Assembly: GCA_045837725.1 (NCBI GenBank)
Contig: JBEWZL010000152.1
Location: 124,001-188,000, forward strand
Direction: 5' to 3'
Length of the DNA stretch: 64,000 bases
From: Vermamoeba vermiformis
Taxonomy: Eukaryota
A program made the position numbers and the translations under genes. The notes below the pieces were generated by a model. That model was not told where the DNA came from. It worked only from the letters and a program-made list of their open reading frames with translations, and did no database searches. Shown here in pieces: positions 1 to 10,900 of the stretch. How positions within the stretch are numbered: position 1 is the first letter of the stretch; each line of letters starts with the position of its first letter.

Positions 1-110
1 ATAGAGGTGCTCTAGAAAAGTATACGGATTAAAAGTCTAATAAGCGACGCGGGTGTTGGGTGGTACGTGAGTTAATTCATTTTTGGCCAACGCAAGGAAG
101 CAACGGCAGG

Positions 111-2015
111 ATGATTGATAGGAGAGTCATTGCTATAGGTCTCCTTCTTTGTGCTTCGTCTGCTCTGGCAGCGCAAACGGTGGAGCCGATCTGGTTGTCG
201 CCTATCAACACGAATTACGGTAATTATTCTGGAGATGACGTCAAAAAATTTAATTTGTATATTTTAATGCTAATTAACAGTTAGTGATTGATTTACTGAC
301 TTGATCTTGCATTTTGAAAGTTCCGATCCTCGGAGAATCTTTTTATTTATTAATTTAATCGCCTAAAATTAAAGCGTCAATTATTGACTGTATTAAACAG
401 ATAATTTGGATGAATACTCTGAGCAATTCCCGGAACAAGGAGTTTGGTCCACCATCCCTGTGGGCGCTGGAGCTCGTGGTGCAGTTCCAATGTTACTGAA
501 AGATTCGAAAGGTACTTTGTGGATCACTTTTGGAACCTCTCGACGCGTGCCACCTCTCTACTTACAGACCGTTTGGAATTACGATCCAAAACAAGATCTT
601 TATCGTTGGGTCGCTGGTCCTGGAAACTCTTCAACATACCTTCGCAACCCTGGAGAGCTAAGAGTGCCTTCACTTGATAATTTTCCTGGTACTATTGCTT
701 TAAGCACCGTTACAATCGATCATAACGACAACATCTGGTTCACTTCCTATACTGACTGCTGCGAACTTTGGATGTTTAATACTACGTCATACTTATTCAC
801 TCGTATGCAAGGTAAGCGCAATCAGCAGATTATATGAACACAAATAAGTATAAAAAATAACTTACTTGCTCGGATCCAGATTTAAATCTCGACATTAAGA
901 AGCCAAAAATTAATTTTTACTATTTAGGAGATTCTTCCGCTGCACAGGCGATAGATCCCAACTACGGAAATGTTCCAGGTGAACCAGGTCCCGAAGTCAG
1001 CCCTGGCAAAATTTCTGGTGCTTGTTTCGTGACCGATTCGCTCGACAATTTGTGGCTTATTTCAGGATTTGACTCAAGTTCAGCAACAAATAGAGTGTGG
1101 CACTTCAATACGACATCGTTACTATGGACCTTCATTAGTGGCAATGACACTTCTGTTGACACGACGTACGGCTCCAACCCTTATTATGGCGGTCGTATTT
1201 TGCCTGGCTGTGACATCGATGAAAATGACAAAGTTTGGTTGTTTGGCGGCGAAGGTTCAGCACAAGGTCTCTTTGACTTTAGTGACATGTGGTCATTTGA
1301 CACGCGCACGAAACAATGGCAGCTAGAATACGGCACACAAAACAATATTTTAAATGGCGCTAATATCGTATCAAGCGATTTCCATGCGGATAATTATCCT
1401 TCTGCAAAGCGAGCTCCAGCATTGGTCAACAGAAATGACGGAACTTTGGTTTTAGCCAGCGGAGGTGGCTACGATGTGAATCACGGTTCATTCGGAGGAC
1501 AAAACGATATTTGGCTATTCAATAAGACGTCGAAGCAATGGAAGATAATCTACGGCGATCCAACGAAACTCGATTTTCCGGGAAATTTCACTCATTACCG
1601 AACTGCTGGATCTGTTTTGAGTGGAAGATCAGCGATCGGAAGAGCGAATGGATTGAACCTTGACGGCGATTTATTCATTGTTGGTGGTGAGGTGAGCACT
1701 CGCTACATGGGAAGCAAGGAGATCTGGGTAGTGCCGTACGACCAATGCACCAACAACGCGCACAAGTGCTCAACGAACGCACAATGCATTGAAGAGATGA
1801 TTGGCTACTCGTGTGAATGCAATCAAGGGTTCACTGGCGATGGATTCACGTGCACTGCCAGCCCTGGATCTGTCAACGAACCTTCAAGCCCTAGCACTTC
1901 GAATCCCAATACAGGACCTCCTCCTACAACGAATCGTCCCGCCACTGTCTCTAGCTCGTACAGAATCTATCTTGGCTCTTCATGTTTTGCACTGGCATTA
2001 GGTCTGTTGCTCTGA
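111..2015 (+). CDS. Secreted/GPI-anchor-like Kelch (galactose-oxidase-type) beta-propeller protein with a C-terminal EGF-like domain; 3 exons (111-219, 401-811, 928-2015)
   Basis: Signal peptide MIDRRVIAIGLLLCASSALA; GT-AG introns join in frame; Kelch-like repeats (VWLFGGEG, DMWSFD, DIWLFN, LFIVGG); EGF CTNNAHKCSTNAQCIEEMIGYSCECNQGFTGDGFTC; Ser/Pro/Thr stalk and hydrophobic C-terminus. Confidence 0.8.
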
Positions 2016-2232
2016 TATGCACGTGATTGACCTCACCCTGTAATAAACACGTGCAATCTAAAACGTTAGTGGCTATACTTTGATTGCGCATGCAAAGCTT
2101 AAGTTGTCAAGTACAGTGCACTTCTGTTCTGAGGTAATACAATTTTATTGCTTTGGTTGAATTTCGGTAAGTCAATCCGATAATCATGTATTTTGATGAC
2201 ATTAAGATAAAGCAGTCATTAGATCGAGAATT

Positions 2233-2916
2233 CTATTCACCAACGGCATCGGGATTAGCTTCAACACGCTCCAATTCGTTCAGCACAGCCTGGCTATCAA
2301 ATCCAATTATGTGCCCACAGTCGACGCACAAATTCATGAGTACATAATCACCGCTGCCAATGCCAGGTAAGGTCGGAAGGTAACCTGAATACAGAGAATT
2401 AGACGCAGCACAAATTTGGAGTGGATGTGTTTTCTACCATCGTATTCGAACCCATTGGGGAAAATTAGATAGTTCCTATCGGAAGCTTTCGAGCTTATGT
2501 GCAGTATTCTGTGGCCTGCGCACTTATCGCAAGTAATTCCGCGCTTTTCTGAATTTTCTTTTTCGAGTCTTCGCCTTTTTGCCGCTCGTCGTACTGGATC
2601 TGCTTTCTCTTTGTTCGCAACAGTTTCCTTTACCTCATTTAACTCTTTTGTAAGCAGCTTCACCACGTGTTCTGCACGTTGAAACGAATTAGTAAATTTT
2701 CAATTTCCTGTAAATTATTTTTGAAAATGAAAGTATTATTAGCTTGCCTATTTTTATATGTTTCACGGTATATAACGAAGGGTCGCGTAAAATTGGCTTT
2801 ATAGGCTCGCCTTCTCGCTTGCAAAATGCTTGGTATTTATTCCAACTGTCAGCGAGTTTGTCTTTGAAGTTCTTCGAGACCACTTTCTCTAATGCGATTA
2901 TTTGTTGATCTGTCAT
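2233..2916 (-). CDS. Small hypothetical protein with two CxxC pairs (putative Zn ribbon) and a basic NLS-like stretch; 3 exons
   Basis: Spliced reading MTDQQIIALEK...KHIKI|EHVVKLL...AKRRRLEK...CDKCAGHRILHISSKASD...EYD|GYLPTLPGIGSGDYVLMNLCVDCGHIIG...VGE*; first intron 2747-2672 is GC-AG, second is GT-AG. Confidence 0.7.
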
Positions 2917-3209
2917 AGTTGTTGTCTTCGTGTTAGATTTGTCAAAACTGCAGATTTTTGTCTTTTTCTTGATTTTTTGCTTTTCCCACCCTTGCAACAG
3001 GTCCCATGTTTCGGCAAAGGAAACCACATACATGAACGTCCATATTTGAATGCTGCTATGTAATATTAGCTTGGTTCTGATCGTTCACTTGCTGCCCGAA
3101 ATTGGTTCGGGATCCCGAATGTTTGCCCGGATTTTGTTGTTCAAGAGGGGGCATTTCTATCAAGAATATTCATTTATCCTAACCTTGTTGCCACAACAAA
3201 GGCGAGAAT

Positions 3210-5771
3210 ATGTTTTTGCGTGCATTTGTATTGCTGATCGCATCTGCCGCAATCGTTTCTGCAACACCAGTAAGCCCTTATTTGGCCATTAACACACCAA
3301 AAAATATTTTTCATATTTTTCATAAATAAAGCAAACTCTTATTAATCGCTGTTAGGGTTGCACTGTTGCAATTGCTCAAAGCGGCTTAAATGAAGTCCAC
3401 GATATTATTATGCCGATAGTTAATCAACAACTAAATAACATTAAGATCCCTGATATCCAACAAGTTGAAGGTAATTCAAGAATTAATTATAAAAAATAAT
3501 CAAATAATTTTATTTTCATATATCCGGTGACACTTACCCGTTTACTTAATCTAATGCGATATTAATATAGACACTCCTATTGGCAAGATTACTCTCACCG
3601 TTTCGGCCATTGCCTTAACGGGTGTACAATTACAAAGCGCGATCACGGTCGCTCCTGGCGTTGGCTTCACCGTGGCTATGTAAGCTGAATATAATATGAT
3701 GATATATACCACATAAAATTATTTTTAATAGTTAAAAGTGATAAACTCGAATATAAAGCGAAATGGTTGACAAAATATTTTTAGATCGAATCTGCAGGCG
3801 GCTGTGCATGCTAACTGGGGCTACAGAAAGGTATGATATATTATCTATGACTTATATATAACATAATAATTCTTATTTAGAATCATTGGCCGCATCTCAA
3901 AGACCACGGCAGCGCAGATGTCAGCGTCGGTCAAACTAACGTAGTATCTATGCACAAGATTACCTCATAACTATCATATACTGATATACTACTATCATTT
4001 TAGATCGGAGTTACCGTTGCCGTTGGCCTAGCAAACAATAGACCTACAGTTGCGGTCACCGCATCCGCTTGCGATATTGGCAGCTTCAGTACGTAGCCTT
4101 TCTTAACTTAACTTAATATATACATCATTTAAGTATATTTATACTAAGGTATAATATTATAGATATTAAACTTCACGGCGGAGCTAGGTAATGATGGATG
4201 CACGAACCGGATCTAAATTTTAAAATCTTGATTTACTTTTATTTTAATATCCATAATATACTAACGGTTGATAATATAATTAGTTGGCTATACAACATCT
4301 TTTTGAAGATTTTCAAGAATTCCATCAAACACTCGATCGAGAAAGCCATTCAAGAAGCAGTAACAAAAGCGATCAACGATCAAGCGGAGAATTTTTTGCA
4401 GAACAAATTTCATGTAATTAGACATCTCAATCATCAGGTCGAAATCGATTTTGAGTTCACGGATCCTTCTGTTTTTGGATCGAACTTTGCGTTGTTCAAC
4501 ATCAAAGGCGAGATATTGAGCATTAATAATCCGAGCGAGTACCCTGTTGCACCACCTCCTATTAATCCTCCTGCTCCATCGAAGATGCTTCAGGTAACGT
4601 TCCACATCCGAAAAGTTTTTCGTTCGGATTCACCTCCGAGGATCTAGCACCTCGAAAAATTTGACAAATCTTTTTAAAAATTATGCTATATCGTAATTTA
4701 TTTGAATTAATGAAGGTAGTAAAGATTCTAATTGATTTTTATTGTACTAGATTGCCGTTTCAGAGTACCCATTCGGCAGTGCTGGCTACGCGTACCTTCA
4801 AGCCGGAAAATTGCACTACATTGTGTCACAAAAGAACATCCCGCCTGCATTCCCTTTAGGCTTGAACACCTCTGATTGGGAGTGTACGTACCGCTACAAA
4901 GTTATCGCAATATGACACTTTGACATTTTGTGACACGCGGTCATTTTTACCTCCAAAAATCTTTTTTGCTGCTAATTAGCGAAATTTCGTTCACCATTAT
5001 AAATAATAGTAATAAGAATATTATCATCTAAGTTACAATGGCAAAATAATCACGTGCCTATTTAGCCTGATGGATCCGCATGACTAACGCTTTGGTCTAT
5101 ACTATAGATATCATCCCTGGCCTTTACAAGACCTATCCCAATGCTGCCATGCAAATTTCTCTCGCAGCTACTGCCGCACCAGTAGTATCGATCTCGCCGA
5201 GTGGTATTGATTTGCTCGCTGGTGGCGAGTTAGATATTCAAGTGTTGCTCTCGCCTAACAATCCTATTAATGCCTTGTCCTTCTCTATCAAAACTGAGAA
5301 TGTCATTAAGGTAAGAATAAGACGTTCCGTTAAAAACTTGGTCGAACATGGCCGCTCGATCCGATCCCAGATTCGCGGATCAAAATTGCGCTACGTACAT
5401 TTACTTATATTTCTGCTTTATATAGATCGAAGTAAATGCTAGCTCAGTGGTTATTCCGTCAATCTCAGCTGTGTCGTTCAGTCTCGCCTTGACCGTAAGT
5501 CGGATCTCGAAAGAAAACTGACTTTTTTTTGCGACCTTATAACTTTTGCTACATTTAGAACTCAACTGTTGGCCCAGTGATCGGCATCGATGCAATTGAA
5601 CAAATGTTCTCGTGGACCTTTGAAAATGTTGCCGTGCCGTTGATCAACGCTGTAATTTCTAACGGATTCCCATTGCCAATCACTGGCGGTACACATCTCG
5701 TCAATCCGACAATTTCATTCCAAAATCACTTTGTACTCATTGAAACTGATTTCGCTGGTGCGCCCAACTGA
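3210..5771 (+). CDS. BPI/LBP/CETP-family (TULIP) lipid-binding protein, secreted, multi-exon
   Basis: Signal peptide MFLRAFVLLIASAAIVSA, then TPGCTVAIAQSGLNEV...IKIPDI; DHGSADVSV; IKLHGGASWLYNIF...SIKHSIEKAI; IIPGLYKTYPN; VPLINAVISNGFPLP...FVLIETDF, all typical of two-domain BPI/LBP proteins. Confidence 0.88.
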
Positions 5772-6067
5772 GCTGAAATTTATTTGGTTGCGTTAGGTTT
5801 TGTTGTAAGATTAGTACCACTATATAAATATAGTCAATTAATCATGAAATGTACCTTGTTTCGGTCGATCCAAATTAATTCGTTTGACTGACGTAAAACT
5901 TAGTACGTAGTTACGTTTAGACCATAATTTATAACGATATGACTCAACATATTCCAAGAATATATTGCCTTACGAATAACGTTAAGTTTTTGTAATTGCT
6001 TCCAACGTTAATTGAGTCCGGAGCGACATTGAAATTGAAAATTTTTTTATTTTTTAAACGAACAAGA

Positions 6068-7707
6068 ATGGAGACCATACAAGCCGAAGTTAAATTATCC
6101 GAACGATACAAAATCTTAGGACAGCTTGCGTATGAGAGTAGGTGCATCGTTTAATATTCAAAGGCTCGATCTGATCTATTCTGAAGGAATCGACTACATT
6201 TTTCAAATTCGAGTTCTCAAGTGCTGGGACAAATGGACCCAAACAATCGTCACATTACATCTCGTGGACCCTTTAGTCCAAAATGACCCTGTTTCTGCGG
6301 TTAGCCACTTCCGTGGATTGATGATCTCGGATCAGCTGCAGCTCATGTCCAATAATTTTCTCAGAATCAACGATATCTGGTATTCTAAATTATCCAAAAA
6401 AATAATAATAAATAGGGAGTACATGGGTAAGATTATTTGTCCTCGTGGAATTTTAATTATTAATTAAATTTTTTTCCAGATTTGACGTTGACTAAAGCCC
6501 TCCAAACCAAAAAAATCACTTTCGACGATAAAATACGTATATTCTACCAACTTGTTGTAATATTGAGCGAATTACACGACGCTGGAATTATTCACACGAA
6601 TTTGAACGTAAGTTAACTTTCTAAAATGGATCCACTTTAATTCAGAGCACTTCTCATTATTTAATAGCCGGACCATGTTTTGCTAAGCGAAGATTTGAAG
6701 AAAGTTAGAATATGCGGATTTGTAAGAAAATCAGCGCTTGTGACCGATACTTTAGATCGCGGATTGAACTTCAGATACCTCAAACACGACGTCATGTTCC
6801 TATATAGGCCGTACGATCTACTTTCCTACTATTATGGGTAAGACCTAACTATGTGTACCACGGTTTTTTTAGAATTTTTCGAGCGATCTCACATTAAAAC
6901 TCAAAATATTTTAAAATTTTTCTACGAATTCTAATTTTCGATTATAATCGATAAATTTAAAATGTAACAATATTAATATTACTAGTATGTGATAATTACT
7001 GACTAATTTGTATTAATCACAGGTACAACCCACCTACAGCGAGCATGTTAGACGTTTGGTCGCTTGGGCTAATCTTTGCATTTATTCTCAGAAATGGAAT
7101 TTCCTTATTTAGTGAAGACAAGACGAGACACCCCAACTACGCCGCTACCGAAGTTGCGACAGTTTTGGGTCAACCACGCGTTGAATCAGTTACCGATGCT
7201 CATGGCAATATGACCATGTTTTACGTGGAGAGTAATCCAGGGCAAACTATTACCAATTTAGGAAGGAGTTTGCCGAAAGATGAAAACACGAAAAAATGGT
7301 TGCCGGTGTTAGGCGCAATGTTAAATTATGACGTACGAAAACGAATCACTATCAAAGACCTATTAGAGCATAGTATATTCAAAGAAAAGGCTATTCAAGA
7401 CATAATTAAAGATACCGATCGACCTGCAAAAATGGATCGGATCTCGATCGAAGTGCCGAAAGATATGGAAAAATGGACTACTGGCAGGTTTTACCGTTAT
7501 TTAAAATCCATATTTGATCATAGAAGAGGCTTGATAGATGAATCAAGGCTTAATTTGGTCATATTGGCACGTAATTTGACGAAGTCAACTCCTGTTCCGT
7601 TGGAGATCTGGATCCACATTTTTAGGCTCGCAAATACAAAGGCATTAATGTACTTGCCTCCATCTAATTTCGATTTGGATAATTGGAGACAAGAAAGCCT
7701 AAGTTAA
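6068..7707 (+). CDS. CMGC/MAPK-like kinase-fold protein lacking catalytic residues (pseudokinase) with a C-terminal F-box-like tail; ~5 exons
   Basis: ERYKILGQL...VLKCWDKWTQTIVTLH (no beta3 Lys); LHDAGIIHTNLNPDHVLL (HRD->HTN); VRICGFV (DFG->GFV); LDVWSLGLIF; MLNYDVRKRITIKDLLEHSIF; tail VPLEIWIHIF. Confidence 0.75.
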
Positions 7708-7967
7708 TGTCAGATTACTTGTAGAGTGTTTTTAATGCAAGATCCAATAAAAATCTTGACTTGCGCTTCATCAATCCTTAATATACATGAGGTACATGTT
7801 AAAACGATCTTATTAAAGCTATTAAGACTATTATCAAGCATTTTTGACGCACGATCGCTGGATCCAGATCTGGAAGAAAAATGTAAGTCACGTGATCAGT
7901 TTCTATGGTGTAATGTACAAGCAGTGTTTATTTGCGGAATTGTATTAATAATGAATATATGCCCTTA

Positions 7968-10900
7968 TTAAAACAATTGCTTTTGCTTCTTCAATTCAAT
8001 GCGTTTCCAATCGGACAAATTTTCAAAGTCTTCTTTGTTCATGCCAAAGATGCGTTCAAACTCTTCGTCCGTCATATATAACTAAAATTCATTATTATTA
8101 TGTATGATATCATAGTATAAAATATATAATATTGTACTACGTACTTCTAATTTCGACTTGTCGCAATATTCAGGTGGACTTTTGATTAATTCTTCGTACG
8201 TATATTTTTTCTTAATTAACTCGAGAACTTCTTCCATTGGTCGAATATGTGCAGAAAAAGCCTAAAAAGGATATTAAGAATATATTTCATTTAAAGTTTT
8301 GTTTTTGTTCGTACCTGAGGATTACTATTTTTGGCATATTCCCAGCCGAAGAAATGAACCGTGAATTCTAACGGCTCTTGACCCGATTTGATGATATTAA
8401 TAGGATCGCCTAGTCTCTCGCCCATAGGATGCTTATCAACATAATCCTATGAAAAAATGGCGATTAGTGAAATTTCCTTATTTGGAAAAGTTTGGAGGTT
8501 CGTACCAGTAAAGTCTCAAGCGTTAATTGCTGCAAAATTGGCACGGAATTCTTTCCAAACCAGACCCAGATCGAATCTTTGCAGTCTAAAATGAAAACAT
8601 CGCGATCGATAAAATCATCTTGCGTGAAATCGAAAATTTCTTCGATCTGTATGGACAAGTTAGCATGAATGTTAATATTACCATATTTGGCAATAAAATT
8701 ATTACCTTGAATTGACCTGTCACAATTTGAGCTTGATAAAGAATTGGCCACGTGTTCGAATTTGATTCTTCGTTCTGTGAAAAGTATCGTTAGTTCAACA
8801 AAACAAAAGCAATAGCAATATAATGCTTTTCCTTATTAGGAAATATTGTCAATAGCCCGTACCTCTGCATAAAGCCAAGGATAAGTCTCGCCGTAGAATT
8901 TTTCACCGCTGGCAGCCAATCCCAAAACATCGACAAAATCATCGTTCATTTGATCAGAACTGAATTCTATCAGCTCGGTATCTTTGCACCAAGCAAGTTT
9001 TTCCGCATTGAACGAAATTTCGTTGTACGGACTTCGCATAAAGTACGTTTTGAGAGGTGTTGTGAGGATCATACTTTCATTAACGTTCACGCTTCGTAGC
9101 CTTGGTTCAACTTCCAATAAAGTGCCTAATTCGAACGAGCCCTTCAGCTGGTACAATTTGGTCTTGTTCAAGTAATTTTCTTCGGCGTTGTATTTGCCCT
9201 TATGAATCACCATTAGGCCACCAAAAATTTTCAAGAAATGTTGTGGCTCTTTTCCTTGAACTACTCGGATCTATTTCATAACGTTAATATAAGATCTTAC
9301 TAGAAAATATGATCGTATTTATTTTACCTGTTTGGCTTCTCCTCCAAGTTTGTCGTCCAGATCTATCGTTAGAACGGCGGAAAATCCTTTGTCCATCTAA
9401 CACATAGCATTAAAATATTGGTAAATAACGAATATTAGCTACGGTATCGTGAGTGAGAATTAAGTGTCAAAGTGTCAAAATGTCAAAAGTGTCACTTACA
9501 ATCGTGCTGTTTCGGCCTTGCCAAAAGTAGATCATCTTATGTTCAGTATTCTTAATAGTATAGGTGTATAATATTAAGTAACTTTCACCGCTGAAAAAGT
9601 GCCCGTAATCTTTCTTCGCCAACGGAACTTTTTCGTTGTTTTCGCTGCGCCGAACAATCCACATCAAAGTTTTTCCGCTGCCGTCATCGATGATGGTTTC
9701 TTTAGGTTTTTGCGGCCTATTAAATAACTTATTCACGTCATATTTAGCCAACGGAACTCGTTTTTTGGCTGCGGGCATTGGCGCAGGTCCCGTGGCAATT
9801 GGCAAGCGACCACCCCAGTTCGCGAACTTGACTTTGAAACTGACGGGCTCGGGGACACCTGATACTAGTTTTTCCACCTTGACCCACTTGAGCTTTTTCC
9901 TGGTCAGTAATGCCTATAAAAGGAAATAATTTGTAAGAGACTTCCAAATATGGAAAAAGTAGTACCTTCGCGTGTTCCGAAGCTTTTTTCCGTACGTCTT
10001 CTGAGGTATTTTTGCCCATCCAGCAATAAACTAAATATAATTAGATGGATATTTCCTAATATGGAAATCATACCTTCGTTAGGGCAGTCCATAACGAAAC
10101 AGAACAAATCGTTTAAGACTTCTTTCATGAATTTGTCTCCTTCGACTTTTTCGATCTGATCTTTGATTCTGTAACAAGATAATTATTACTATATTAGTAA
10201 ATATTCATATCGAACAGTTGTCTTACCTGTACAAATGAATGGCGGGTTTGACGTCTTTCTTTTCTTCGTGTGATGGAATTTCACCTTCAGGATTCAAGTA
10301 ATTCCAAAACTCGTCTTCAATTTCTTCTTTACACTCGCCTATAATACATTTATCATATTAACACTAACTTTGTTTTTCGAAAGTATCAATAAAGGCATAC
10401 CAATCGTGAAAGTTTGAGATCTGCCCATATTATCTTCGTCCTTCAAACGCTTCGCGAAATCGACTGCAATAAAATTAATAAATTTATCGTTGGGAGTTAG
10501 ATAACTATAAATACCTGCAAAGGCTTTTTCCATACGATTGGCTTCAGGTCCGTACCAAACGAATATTTTGTCCTTCGTGTCAAGAACGAACGCGCAGTTT
10601 ACATGCAGCGATTGAAATTTCAGTTCGACCTTCTCAGGGATGAGAATCTTACGGCCTTGAATTTTGTACAAAGAAAATGTCGCTAATTTTTCTTTGCTTG
10701 TCGGGGTTGCTACATGGCGCTACAAAAAATCATTAATATTTCCTTTTATGGCAATGTCAGCCTTACCAATTGAATCATTCGCTTGTGAGGAGTTTCGGGT
10801 ACGTTACTTTTGTTTTGTTGTGTGTGTTGTTCTAACGATTTCATTCCCTAAAAAGGAACATCGCGAAATTAATTTCCATTTTAGTGATATTTGCCAAAAT

